In this document: piece after piece, positions 18,109 through 27,803 of the stretch
How the letters are laid out: each line of letters starts with the position of its first letter
How positions within the stretch are numbered: position 1 is the first letter of the stretch
Source: Candidatus Jordarchaeales archaeon
Lineage (GTDB): Archaea; Asgardarchaeota; Jordiarchaeia; Jordiarchaeales; Freyrarchaeaceae
Assembly: GCA_038858525.1 (NCBI GenBank)
Contig: JAWCFL010000003.1
Location: 45,491 to 77,490 of the forward strand
Length of the DNA stretch: 32,000 bases
Direction: 5' to 3'
Program-made: the position numbers and the translations under genes
Notes under the pieces: model-generated
What the model saw: the letters and a program-made list of their open reading frames with translations, nothing else
What the model was told of the DNA's origin: nothing
The model's database searches: none

Positions 18109-18828
18109 TTAGATGTACATTCCTTCTTCTCCGCCGCCGAGCTCCCTTTCTTGCTGCTTTAGTATTTTTTCTATTTCTGCCTCTATTTCCTTTGCATCCT
18201 GTATTAGCGACTCTGTTTCCACGGGTAAGCCATATTTTTCCTTTAAAACGTCTATTGCAACTGCCGCTGCTCTTGGGTCCGGACGGCCACGCTCCGCAAA
18301 AGGAAGAATAGTGATAGCTGGGAAGTCGCTTAGTTCAAAGTATGCCAGCATTAGGGCAAGGGGACCGAAGACACCTAATTCTTCATCTAAGAAGGGGGCG
18401 CCAAGTTTTAGCGCCTCTGGATACCCCGCTCTTGTTGCCACAATTCTGAAGGCTTCGCTTCCCTGCCTGAACCTGCTGTCGAGCCCACCTATTAGGATCG
18501 CCTTGCTGAATTTCTCCTTCACCACCCACTCTGCAATTGTGAAGGCGAACTCCTTGTGTTCATCAGCGTGAGGAAGAACTCTGGGGAAAAGCATGACAAA
18601 ATTCTCGTACTTGAAGAGCTCGAATGGAAGAGCGAGACCACCACCCTTAAACCAGACAAACGGAGGGAGCAGCTTGGTTTCAATTATGCCTATTCTTTCA
18701 GGGTCAAGGTTCTTAATAATATGCCTGACAGCGATATACCCTGCCTCGCCTATCACGCTGTGAAAACCAGTTATGAATGTACATCCTTCAAAGCGGCACT
18801 CCTTTTTAACGTGAATCTTAACGCTCAT
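18109..18828 (-). CDS. Proteasome assembly chaperone (PAC2 family) with a C-terminal HbYX motif
   Basis: Probable start MSVKIHV at ATG 18828; FITGFHSVIGEAGYIA, ILIGGLD, RPDPRAAA; ends EGMYI. Confidence 0.87.
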   Translation of the reverse strand: MSVKIHVKKECRFEGCTFITGFHSVIGEAGYIAVRHIIKNLDPERIGIIETKLLPPFVWFKGGGLALPFELFKYENFVMLFPRVLPHADEHKEFAFTIAEWVVKEKFSKAILIGGLDSRFRQGSEAFRIVATRAGYPEALKLGAPFLDEELGVFGPLALMLAYFELSDFPAITILPFAERGRPDPRAAAVAIDVLKEKYGLPVETESLIQDAKEIEAEIEKILKQQERELGGGEEGMYI

Positions 18829-19280
18829 CGATATCACAGCCAAGTTTCGTTTGCATCCGTATTCAAAAACTTGCGAAAAAGAAGGAAGGGACACAATTTT
18901 AAATCTTACTAGTAGGTGACTAAAAGCGAAACTTAAACTATGCCTTTTCAGCCTACTTTTTTCGGTATTCATGGATTTTCATCTCTCATCTCTTGCCTCT
19001 ATCAGAGGTTCATTGGTGGGTTCTGGAGCAATGGTGCCCCCTCATCCTGAGCGTGCTTAAACGCCAACCACTCCGACGACACACGACCAGACGTCAGGCG
19101 TGAGCTCAAAGGAAGCCAAACAAGTATCCCGAAACTTTTAACAAGTCAATATGAAAAAGGCTTGGTCTACTCTGCGACTTCACAAGCAACAAGGACGGAG
19201 AAGTATTTTGCGTTATATTTAAATGCTTGATTTTAGTGTTTTTCACCCTGATAAAAAACAGATGAGAGAGGTACGAGAAG

Positions 19281-19721
19281 GTGGGTAAGAAGTCACCTAG
19301 AGGCGAGCGCGCGGCGCGGACACTGGCCAAGAGGCGCGGGAAGTTTAGATGGAGTAGCGTGTACTTTAAAAGAAAGATGTTGAAGCTTAAGTTGAAAGTG
19401 GACCCGCTCATGGGAGCTCCACAGGCGCGCGGAATAGTAATTGAAAAGGTAGGTATAGAGGCGCGGCAGCCAAACTCTGCTATCCGGAAAGCCGTCCGCG
19501 TGCAGCTTGCCAAGAATGGTAAACAAATAACAGCATTCCTGCCGGGGGATGGTGCCCTCAACTTTGTGGACGAGCACGACGAAGTTATAGTTGAAGGCAT
19601 AGGCGGCAGAAAAGGAAGGTCGTTTGGTGACCTTCCTGGGGTGAGGTGGAAAGTCGTTAAAGTTAACGGCGTGTCTCTTGAGGCGTTACTTACGGGTAAA
19701 AAGGAGAAACCGATGAGATAG
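19281..19721 (+). CDS. rps12: 30S ribosomal protein S12 (uS12)
   Basis: [39 protein letters not shown]-like TTATATTTAAA at about 19213-19223. Confidence 0.98.
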   Translation: MGKKSPRGERAARTLAKRRGKFRWSSVYFKRKMLKLKLKVDPLMGAPQARGIVIEKVGIEARQPNSAIRKAVRVQLAKNGKQITAFLPGDGALNFVDEHDEVIVEGIGGRKGRSFGDLPGVRWKVVKVNGVSLEALLTGKKEKPMR

Positions 19722-19733
19722 GAGGAGATTGGC

Positions 19734-20312
19734 TTGAGCGGTGAGGAAACAGGGATCAAGATTTTCGGACTGTGGGATGTCTCAAATATTGAGGTACGGG
19801 ATCCTGGTATTAGGCAGTATATTAATCTCAGACCGATCCTGGTACCCCACACTGGAGGTAGGCATGAGCATAGAAGGTTCATGAAGGCTAACGTTCCGCT
19901 GGTTGAGCGTCTAGCTAACAAACTTATGCGTCCAGGAGAGAACACAGGGAAAAAGATCAAGGCGTTAAACATTGTGAGAAACGCGCTTAAGATAGTGGAG
20001 CTCAAGACGGGGGAGAACCCTATTCAAGTTCTGGTGAGAGCTATAGAGAATTCTGCGCCTCGTGAGGAAACCAGCAGGCTTAGTTACGGTGGGGCAGTGT
20101 ATTTTACTGCCTGTGACGTTGCACCAATGAGGCGTGTTGACCTTGCGTTGAGGTTCCTGACTGAGGGAGCAAGAAAGAAGAGCTTTGGAAATAGGAAAAC
20201 TATAGATGAGTGTTTGGCAGAGGAGATCATACTTGCTGCGAGCAATGACCTTAAAAGCTACGCTGTGAGACAAAAAGACCAAATAGAGAGGATAGCGCTT
20301 TCTGCGCGTTAA
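19734..20312 (+). CDS. rps7: 30S ribosomal protein S7 (uS7)
   Basis: PHTGGRHEHRRF, NPIQVLVRAIENSAPREE, DVAPMRRVDLALRFL, ERIALSAR. Confidence 0.98.
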   Translation: MSGEETGIKIFGLWDVSNIEVRDPGIRQYINLRPILVPHTGGRHEHRRFMKANVPLVERLANKLMRPGENTGKKIKALNIVRNALKIVELKTGENPIQVLVRAIENSAPREETSRLSYGGAVYFTACDVAPMRRVDLALRFLTEGARKKSFGNRKTIDECLAEEIILAASNDLKSYAVRQKDQIERIALSAR

Positions 20313-20399
20313 ATGGTGTTATGAGTTAGTTTTTATGGTTTTTCACCTCTACTTTTGTTGAAGAGGTCCTCGAAGGAGGTTAACGTTAGAGGTTTGAAA

Positions 20400-22013
20400 A
20401 TGAGGTACGTTGTCGACACTAGTGTGCTTGTGGGTTCAGGCATTTCGAAGGAGATTGAAGCAGGAAAACTTGGAGACGAAGTTGAAGTTATAATACCTCA
20501 AGTTGTGTTAGCCGAGATAGAGCATCAAGCAAATATGGCTAAGACTACTGGTTTTCATGGGCTTGAAGAGCTGAAAAGACTCAGGCAACTCGAAAAAGAG
20601 GGAAAGGTTAGAATATTAATCGTAGGTGAAAGACCTACGCTTCAGCAGGTGAGGCTGGCTCCTGGCGGGGAGCTTGACAACTTGATTCGACGAGAGGCGG
20701 AGAAGCACTCTGCAACTCTTCTTACTAGCGACAACATTCAGGCAGCAATGTGTGAAGCTGAAGGAATAAAAGTGATCCTGTTGAGGGAAGATAAGAAAGA
20801 GAAAAAAAGAATCCAGGATTACTTTTTTGAGGACTCGCTTTCAGTTCACTTAAAAGAGGACGTGCCCCCGATGACTAAGAGGGGAACCCCGGGGAATTGG
20901 AGGCTGGAAAAGATATCTGAGAAGCCGGTTACTAGAGCTGAGCTTGAAGAGTTAGCTGCACAGATAATAGAGGAAACTAAGAGCGCGCCTAGGTGCTTCA
21001 TAGAGATAGACGAGGAAGGAGCAACTGTTGTTCAGTTAAGGGAGTACCGCATAGCGATAACTAGGCCGCCATTCTCTGAGAGAATGGAGATTACTGCTGT
21101 CCGTCCCCTGTTGAAGGTAACGCTTGACGATTACGCGCCTTCTGAAAAGCTGAAAAAAAGATTGAGGGAGGAGGCGGAAGGGATACTTATTGCTGGGAGG
21201 CCGGGAGCGGGCAAGTCAACATTTGCGAGCGCTTTGGCCGAATTCTATCAGAAGCAGGGAAAGATTGTTAAAACGCTTGAGAAACCGAGGGATTTGCAGG
21301 TTAGCCCGGAGGTAACGCAGTACACCGCTCTAGGAGGGGATATGGAGCGAACAGCTGATGTTCTTCTACTCGTCAGACCGGACTACTGCATATATGATGA
21401 GCTTAGGAAAACGAAGGACTTTCAGGTCTTTGCTGACCTAAGGTTTGCAGGCGTCGGTCTTGTTGGCGTGGTGCATGCATCTAAGCCGATCGACGCTATC
21501 CAGAGATTTATAGGGCGCGTTGAGCTTGGTCTTATATGCAGAATAATAGACACGGTCATTTTCATAGAAGATGGAAGAGTGGAGCAAGTTCTCTCGTTGA
21601 ACATGACGGTCAAAGTTCCAACTGGCATGGTGGAAGCAGACTTAGCGAGGCCAGTAATAGAAGTTAGGGACTTTGACACGGGGGAACTCCAATACGAAAT
21701 ATACACTTTTGGTGAACAAACTGTAGTGGTTCCTATTTCGGTTAGACCAGCCAGGAAAGAAGCGAGAAGAAAGAGGGAAATAAAGGGAATAGAGGCACCC
21801 GTGGAATTTGAAGAGAGGAAGAAACATGTTGTTCTCTCACTCCCTGAAGAATACGCGGGGAAGAATGTTGACGTTTATGCTGACGAAAAATATCTTTTCA
21901 CTTTAAAAGTGAACGGAGCAGGAAAAATAAAACTAAGAAAGAACACGGGTTACGGAGAAATTATACTCAAGGAAATTGAGAAAGGAAAAAGAGTGTCATG
22001 CAAGATTACGTAA
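20400..22013 (+). CDS. PIN-domain ATPase (PINA family, VirB11-like)
   Basis: N-terminal PIN YVVDTS...LDNLI...LLTSD; Walker A GRPGAGKS; LLVRPDYCIYDELRK; GVVHA; QRFIGRVELG. Start taken at ATG 20400. Confidence 0.92.
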   Translation: MRYVVDTSVLVGSGISKEIEAGKLGDEVEVIIPQVVLAEIEHQANMAKTTGFHGLEELKRLRQLEKEGKVRILIVGERPTLQQVRLAPGGELDNLIRREAEKHSATLLTSDNIQAAMCEAEGIKVILLREDKKEKKRIQDYFFEDSLSVHLKEDVPPMTKRGTPGNWRLEKISEKPVTRAELEELAAQIIEETKSAPRCFIEIDEEGATVVQLREYRIAITRPPFSERMEITAVRPLLKVTLDDYAPSEKLKKRLREEAEGILIAGRPGAGKSTFASALAEFYQKQGKIVKTLEKPRDLQVSPEVTQYTALGGDMERTADVLLLVRPDYCIYDELRKTKDFQVFADLRFAGVGLVGVVHASKPIDAIQRFIGRVELGLICRIIDTVIFIEDGRVEQVLSLNMTVKVPTGMVEADLARPVIEVRDFDTGELQYEIYTFGEQTVVVPISVRPARKEARRKREIKGIEAPVEFEERKKHVVLSLPEEYAGKNVDVYADEKYLFTLKVNGAGKIKLRKNTGYGEIILKEIEKGKRVSCKIT

Positions 22014-22109
22014 CCCGCCACAGTAGACGCGCCACAAAGGGTAATTTAGAAAAAGTTTTATACGTTTCGGATAGTAGGGGGTTGATAAGTGATGAAAGGC
22101 GGTATTTGA

Positions 22110-23261
22110 ATGGCTGGGCGGAGACGTTACAGCCTAGGAATTTTGTTGCTTGTTTTCTTGATCGGCTTCTTGATCGGGGCCATATTAATTTACGCTTCTG
22201 CTCAATCGGGGTGGATTAATGTAGGAGGAACTATGCCCTCCATTGAGTTAACCTTTGTTTATGGTAGTGAAAAACAAAAATGGATTGAAGAAGCTAAGGA
22301 GGGGTTTGAACGGTGGTTTGAGTCCACGTTCTTCGTTGATGTCAAGTGTAACTTCATAGCTATGGGTAGCAAAGAAATCATAACACAGATAGTTAATGAG
22401 CAACTACGCCCCGTCGCAATTAGCCCTGCTGCATCAATATGGATTCCCTACTTGAATGAGAAGTGGAGGGAGACTCATGGGGGGATGATAGTGGACGAAG
22501 CTAGTTGTAAACCATTGGTGGTCTCCCCCATTGTCTTAGCAACATGGAACAACAGTTTTTACCAACAGCACCCATTCAAAGGAATAAGAGATTTGATAGA
22601 TATTGCGCTGAACGATCCTGACGGAAGTGACGGCGTCCTAAAGTATGGTCATACTAATCCTCGCCTCTCAAACAGCGGTGCGATGATTATTCTCATTCAG
22701 TTTGCTGCTGCAGCCGGTAAGGAGCCAGGGGAACTCACTATCTTTGACCTTTCGAACCCACTTGTTCAACAAAGGGTGAGGGTTCTGGAGGCTGAAGCTA
22801 TTCAGTATGGTGAGAGCACAGGGTTCTTTGGCGACTGGGCGGTTGAAGGGGGGCCAAGTACAATATCGGTCTTCGCTGTTTACGAGAGCGTGGTTATTGC
22901 GAAGTCGAGGGCAGCAAGGCAAGCTTGGGGGGATTCTCTTATAGCGGTTTATCCAGAGGAGGGAGTTTTACTTTCTGATCATCCTTTCGCCATATTGAAC
23001 GCGCCGTGGGTATCTCCACTTCAAGTTTTTGCCGCAGAAAAATTATACGAGTACCTTATGCGTCCTGAAGTTCAGCAAGCAGCACAAAAGTATGGTTTCA
23101 GACCAGCTAACCCGGATGTCCCCTTGGATCCTTTGATATTCAGCCCGGAAAGGGGGGTCAGCGCCGTAATACCATCTAAAATACTGTCTCCGCCGCCGGG
23201 CTTCATTTTGGAGAACGCAATTATAGCTTGGGACGCTGTGCGGAACAGGGGGGTCAAATAA
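22110..23261 (+). CDS. Membrane-anchored extracellular solute-binding protein (SBP_bac_11-like)
   Basis: N-terminal TM helix; YGSEKQKWI, ISPAASIW, HTNPRLSNSG, YESVVI, YPEEGVLLSDHPF, YGFRPA. Confidence 0.82.
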   Translation: MAGRRRYSLGILLLVFLIGFLIGAILIYASAQSGWINVGGTMPSIELTFVYGSEKQKWIEEAKEGFERWFESTFFVDVKCNFIAMGSKEIITQIVNEQLRPVAISPAASIWIPYLNEKWRETHGGMIVDEASCKPLVVSPIVLATWNNSFYQQHPFKGIRDLIDIALNDPDGSDGVLKYGHTNPRLSNSGAMIILIQFAAAAGKEPGELTIFDLSNPLVQQRVRVLEAEAIQYGESTGFFGDWAVEGGPSTISVFAVYESVVIAKSRAARQAWGDSLIAVYPEEGVLLSDHPFAILNAPWVSPLQVFAAEKLYEYLMRPEVQQAAQKYGFRPANPDVPLDPLIFSPERGVSAVIPSKILSPPPGFILENAIIAWDAVRNRGVK

Positions 23262-23262
23262 A

Positions 23263-24174
23263 TTGACGAAGGAAGAGAAAAAACGTTCGGGTGCATTTCT
23301 TAGTTATGTTGCTGAAAGCGTCTTTTCCGCAAAATGGTTCACTCTTCTTAAGGACTCACTTATCCTGCTGACTATTTTTGTCTTGTTGCTGGCACCGATT
23401 ATATACATTACAGGTTATGTGGTTGTTGACTGGTGGGAGATAAACTATAACGTCTTTAGCAATCCGGTGATATATTCGACTAGATGGACGATACTTTTGG
23501 AAAGCTTACTCCTCTCTTTTAAACTTGCTTTTTACGCTACACTTATAGATGTCATTATTGGTGTTCCAATAGCACTCATTCTCCAAAACAGTAGCGTGCC
23601 AGGTCGACGTGTATTGGACACACTTATCAACATACCACTTGCAACTCCAACCAGCGCTTTGGGATTTGCTACACTCATTTTTTGGGGGACGCGGTCAGGT
23701 ATAGGTGGGCTTTTGGGTCTTACCACAGGGGTCTTCAAACTTGACGAAACCATCGGGGGAGGAGTAATGGGTATTCCCCCATTACTATTGTTGGCGCACG
23801 TTTCATTCACTTTTCCTTATGTTGTACGTTCAGTTTCAGCAGTGCTTGAAGGAATAGACCCATCGTACGCCGAAGCAGCACAAACACTTGGAGCTAGAAG
23901 TTTCACGAGGTTTCGAACGATCACGCTTCCGCTAATGGCACCAGGAATATTCGCTGGCGCTATACTTGCTTTTACGAGAAGCTTAGGAGAGACAGGGGCG
24001 TCGATGATAGTTGCAGGAGTTTTCACCACGGCACCAATACTGATTGTTGAGTGGAAGGCTGAGCTTTTAATTGCGCCAGCAGCTTTCCTCAGCGCTATAC
24101 TTGTATCGATAGCGTGTATTTCCATATTCGTCTTCAGGAAACTTATGGGAGCCGCTTTCGCAAGAGCTATTTGA
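23263..24174 (+). CDS. ABC importer permease, CysT/ModB-like
   Basis: DTLINIPLATPTSALG, FPYVVRSV, EAA loop EAAQTLGA, AFTRSLGETGA. Confidence 0.9.
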   Translation: MTKEEKKRSGAFLSYVAESVFSAKWFTLLKDSLILLTIFVLLLAPIIYITGYVVVDWWEINYNVFSNPVIYSTRWTILLESLLLSFKLAFYATLIDVIIGVPIALILQNSSVPGRRVLDTLINIPLATPTSALGFATLIFWGTRSGIGGLLGLTTGVFKLDETIGGGVMGIPPLLLLAHVSFTFPYVVRSVSAVLEGIDPSYAEAAQTLGARSFTRFRTITLPLMAPGIFAGAILAFTRSLGETGASMIVAGVFTTAPILIVEWKAELLIAPAAFLSAILVSIACISIFVFRKLMGAAFARAI

Positions 24175-24187
24175 GGGAGGACTGAAA

Positions 24188-25042
24188 ATGCTTAGGGGGA
24201 AGTTAAGGGTTTTAGTGCTTAAGGCTGATGAGGCTCTGTCTGCCAAGCCAGTCAGGCTCATAGGATACTCGTTGATATTTATACTGGTATCCTTCGTGGT
24301 TTTTGCTCCGATATTCTATATTTTCTATTATACTTGGAGGTGGTGGAGCTATTCCCCGTACACCTATGACTTCACGGAAGGAGTTCAGTACCAGTTCTTC
24401 TACTCAACGGCTAACGTAAACAAGAATTTCGTTGAAAGCCTGATAAATTCTCTCTTGGTCGCAGCGACGGTCACAGTAATTGGTTTAGGAGTGGGAATAC
24501 CTATAGGATTTTTTCTGGCAAGAAAAAGAGTACAGGGAATAACTATCCTGGACACGCTGACTAATGTTCCTCTAATAGTACCTTCGTCGGCGTTGGGCTT
24601 CGCGGTTTACCTGCTTTGGGGGTCATCTAAGGGGCTTTCTCTTGTAGCACCTGGACTCTGGCTAATAATACTTACACACGCCGTATTCACGTCTCCATAC
24701 GTGATAAGGTCAGTTCATGCTCAACTACTAAACTATGATATTTCTCTAGAGGAGGCGGCAAGAGTTCTCGGAGCATCTCCACTAAAAGCATTTACGACGG
24801 TAACCTTACCTGTTATAAAGCCCGGCGTGATTTCAGGAGCAATATTAGCGTTTACAAGAAGCTTAGGAGAAACAGGAGCAACGCTAGTTGTAATGGGGCC
24901 AGTCCAAACAGTACCAGTTCTCATAGTGGATTTAGTAGAACAACACCTTTGGCCTGCAGCCGCCTTCTCGGCGTCCATACTTATGCTGATCTCCTTTGTC
25001 TTCACGATAATCTTTAAGTATCTTGCTACACGAACATATTAA
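24188..25042 (+). CDS. ABC importer permease, CysW/ModB-like
   Basis: DTLTNVPLIVPSSALG, EEAARVLGA, AFTRSLGETGA. Confidence 0.9.
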   Translation: MLRGKLRVLVLKADEALSAKPVRLIGYSLIFILVSFVVFAPIFYIFYYTWRWWSYSPYTYDFTEGVQYQFFYSTANVNKNFVESLINSLLVAATVTVIGLGVGIPIGFFLARKRVQGITILDTLTNVPLIVPSSALGFAVYLLWGSSKGLSLVAPGLWLIILTHAVFTSPYVIRSVHAQLLNYDISLEEAARVLGASPLKAFTTVTLPVIKPGVISGAILAFTRSLGETGATLVVMGPVQTVPVLIVDLVEQHLWPAAAFSASILMLISFVFTIIFKYLATRTY

Positions 25043-25109
25043 GAACAAGCCTCGCTAAATATTCTTTTTAAAAATGAGGCAAAAGTTGCTTTCTTAGGGG
25101 GAGCGCATC

Positions 25110-26078
25110 ATGAAGTTAGAGAGAAAAAGAGTGCTTGTTACTGGTGGGTGTGGATTTATAGGTAGCCATTTAGTCGACAAGCTTGTTGAGAGAGAATGCG
25201 AGGTAGTTGTGCTGGATAACCTCTCAGGGTCTACTGTTGAGAACATTGAGGGACACGTTAAAAGTGGTAGGGTTAAGCTCATTGTGGGAGACGTGAGGGA
25301 CTACGAAAAGGTCAGGGAGTGCGTGAGGGATGTGGAGGTCGTTTTTCACTTTGCGGCTCAAGCGGATGTACGGAGAAGCGTTAGTGACCCGCGCTCCGAT
25401 TTCGAGGTTAACGTTCGTGGCACTATAAATGTACTTGAAGCCGTAAGAAGTAGTAATGCTAAGATGGTGGTGTTTGCTTCGAGTGGAGGGACGCTTTATG
25501 GAGAGGCGAAACGTGTTCCCACACCTGAAGACCTAGCTCCACTTCCAATAAGTCCTTATGGAGCAGCTAAGGCTGCCTGCGAAATGTACCTTTCAGCATA
25601 TTACGCATGCTATGGAGTTTCTTCATTATCCCTGAGGTATGCGAACATTATAGGTCCTAGGTCAACGCACGGTGTCATTTACGACTTTTACTGGAAGCTT
25701 AAGAACAACCCGGAAAAGCTGGAGATTCTCGGAGATGGAAACCAGAGAAAATCATACATGTACGTTTCAGACTGTGTTGATGCCACCCTTCACTTGGCGG
25801 AGAGAGCCGACGGGTTCGATGTGTTTAACGTTGGCTCTGAGGAGTCTCTAACGGTTAGAGAGCTGGCTGAAATAGTTGTCAGAGAGCTTGGACTTAACGG
25901 TGTGAAATTTCACTATACTGGGGGGAAAGGAGGATGGGTTGGAGACGTTTCGCTCTCTCTTCTAGACATTTCAAAGCTGAAGAAGACCGGGTGGAAGCCT
26001 AAAGTAACAATAGAGGAAGGAATAAGGAAATACGTGAGGTGGCTTGTGGAAAAGTATGGGGCTCTAAGAGGCCATTAG
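25110..26078 (+). CDS. NAD-dependent epimerase/dehydratase (GalE-like extended SDR)
   Basis: VTGGCGFIGSHL, YGAAK (YxxxK), LRYANIIG, GDGNQRKSY. Confidence 0.92.
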   Translation: MKLERKRVLVTGGCGFIGSHLVDKLVERECEVVVLDNLSGSTVENIEGHVKSGRVKLIVGDVRDYEKVRECVRDVEVVFHFAAQADVRRSVSDPRSDFEVNVRGTINVLEAVRSSNAKMVVFASSGGTLYGEAKRVPTPEDLAPLPISPYGAAKAACEMYLSAYYACYGVSSLSLRYANIIGPRSTHGVIYDFYWKLKNNPEKLEILGDGNQRKSYMYVSDCVDATLHLAERADGFDVFNVGSEESLTVRELAEIVVRELGLNGVKFHYTGGKGGWVGDVSLSLLDISKLKKTGWKPKVTIEEGIRKYVRWLVEKYGALRGH

Positions 26079-26090
26079 CTGGCGGGAGAC

Positions 26091-26462
26091 GTGAAGTGCA
26101 GCCGGTGCGCTAAATGTTGCCGTGATACAGAGATGCTTCTCTCTAAAAAGGACATTGAAAGGCTGGAGAGTAGAGGGTTCAGGCGGGAGGAGTTTGCCGT
26201 CAATCTTCCGGGTGGACTTTACCGGCTGAGAAACGTGAATGGGGCATGTTATTTTCTGAAGGATGGATTATGTAGTGTTTACAATGATAGACCTGAAGGG
26301 TGCAGGTACTACCCCATAGTCCTTTCAGAGGATGGCAGGAAGTGTATTCGCGACGATTTTTGCCCTAATAGTCACACGGTCTCTAGGAAGGAACTAAAAG
26401 AGACATGTCCTAAGCTTAAAAGGCTCTATAAGGAAATTTTTCAGTCATCATTCTCTTCGTAG
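26091..26462 (+). CDS. YkgJ-family CxxCxxCC cysteine-cluster protein
   Basis: CSRCAKCC, CYFL, CSVYNDRPEGCRYYP. Confidence 0.88.
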   Translation: MKCSRCAKCCRDTEMLLSKKDIERLESRGFRREEFAVNLPGGLYRLRNVNGACYFLKDGLCSVYNDRPEGCRYYPIVLSEDGRKCIRDDFCPNSHTVSRKELKETCPKLKRLYKEIFQSSFSS

Positions 26463-26938
26463 GGTAATATTTCTAAAACCCGCTTACCTATTTTTAAGAA
26501 TATGTTTATCGGGATGCCTTCCCTCAATGACTCAGAAATAATACAGTACTTTCTAAAAACGTTGAGGCATGATTCTAGATTCTTGGCGGTGCTTTCGTCA
26601 GCTAGATCAACTTGTAACTCAACATTTACTTCTCCGACTCTTATCATACCCTTCTTGCGCGTATATTTCCCACGAACCTTAATTTGCAACTTCTTGAGGG
26701 GGATGCCATGCTTCAGCGTCGAGTAGATGAAGGAAGACGCTACGCAGCCGCCCACAGACACTAATAAGTAGTCTGCAGGATTAGGAGCAGAGTCTTCTCC
26801 GACAGGTTCAAGTTCATCCATGTGAAACTTAGGAAAACCGTTAACTGTGACTTCGAAAAGAAAGTTCTTGATCCAGTTAAGTTCAACCTCAAAAAACTTG
26901 GATTTACCCCGCTTCATAGGTAACAAACCTCCAAACAC
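26441..26938 (-). CDS. OsmC-family protein
   Basis: PNPADYLLVSVGGC and KYCIISESL, the two conserved Cys. The true start may be MKRGK (26917). Confidence 0.82.
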   Translation of the reverse strand: MFGGLLPMKRGKSKFFEVELNWIKNFLFEVTVNGFPKFHMDELEPVGEDSAPNPADYLLVSVGGCVASSFIYSTLKHGIPLKKLQIKVRGKYTRKKGMIRVGEVNVELQVDLADESTAKNLESCLNVFRKYCIISESLREGIPINIFLKIGKRVLEILPYEENDD

Positions 26939-27120
26939 AATTAGAAAAAATGAACTTGGAGATAAAAAGGTTGGTTGAAAGGCGTTAAATGAGTAACTAT
27001 TGCGTCTTCAGCGTTTAGATGAACAAATACATTCTGGAGGGAACACCTACTTAATAAAAAAGTTTTTATTTGAAGTGGTATTGTGAAAAATGACGGAAAA
27101 ACTAGAAGAGCGTTGTAGCC

Positions 27121-27753
27121 TTGAGGACGTTGAAGAAGGCTATGTTTGAGATTTGCAAGTCAATTTCGGATTGTATTGAAAATGTTAATGATGAGGAAGT
27201 GAATAGATTAGTTGAACTTCTAATTGACGGGTGGAAGAATAATAAAAGAGTGTTCGTTACGGGGGCGGGTAGGTCGGGGTTAATGGGGCGCGCGTTTGCA
27301 ATGCGCCTCATGCATCTTGGCTACGAGGTTTTCGTTGTGGGAGAAACTATAACACCCGCTGTAAGAAAGGGAGACATACTTATAGCTATTAGTGGTTCTG
27401 GCACAACTAAACTTGTCTTGGAAACTTCAAAGATAGCGAAGGAAGAGATTGGAGCTAAGGTTGTGGCGATCACTTCGTATCCCGATTCACCACTGGGTAA
27501 AATGGCAGACCACGTGGTTGTCGTTAAGGGGAGAACTAAGAGCGACGTTGAGAGCGATTATCTCTCACGCCAGATGAGAGGTGAGCACTCCCCGCTAACA
27601 CCATTAGGAACGCTGTTTGAAAGCAACGTGCTAGCTTTTTTGGATGGATTAATTGCTGAATTAATGGAGAGGACGGGTAAGAAGGAAAAAGATCTCGAAC
27701 AGAACCATGCCAAACCAGACGGGGTAGTCGCCGCGTTAAAAGGGGAAGAATAG
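27121..27753 (+). CDS. hxlB: 6-phospho-3-hexuloisomerase (SIS domain, RuMP pathway)
   Basis: GAGRSGL, FAMRLMHLG, GETITP, ISGSGTT, PLGTLFE. Confidence 0.92.
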   Translation: MRTLKKAMFEICKSISDCIENVNDEEVNRLVELLIDGWKNNKRVFVTGAGRSGLMGRAFAMRLMHLGYEVFVVGETITPAVRKGDILIAISGSGTTKLVLETSKIAKEEIGAKVVAITSYPDSPLGKMADHVVVVKGRTKSDVESDYLSRQMRGEHSPLTPLGTLFESNVLAFLDGLIAELMERTGKKEKDLEQNHAKPDGVVAALKGEE

Positions 27754-27803
27754 TGAGGGAAAAAATAGTTTAGAGGTTGTAACTAGAAGAGTTTTCTGGC
27801 TGG

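Noticed and set aside
17883-18311. 142-aa plus-strand ORF
   Set aside because: Antisense to tRNA-Arg and the PAC2 gene, with no recognisable motif. The same applies to 3813..4043 over tRNA-Ala and 8012..8242 over tRNA-Val.
19032-19043. Minus-strand GAGGGGCACCA resembling a tRNA 3' end
   Set aside because: No matching 5' acceptor strand, T arm or anticodon arm could be built, even allowing introns.
19006-19050. Box C/D sRNA-like words (AGGATGA...CAGA...AATGA...CTGA) on the minus strand
   Set aside because: The guide between C' and D would be only 4 nt; kept only as part of the general ncRNA candidate.
27053-27070. AATAAAAA-AG-TTTTTATT inverted repeat
   Set aside because: Low-complexity; most simply back-to-back AT-rich promoter elements of the divergent osmC-like and hxlB genes.
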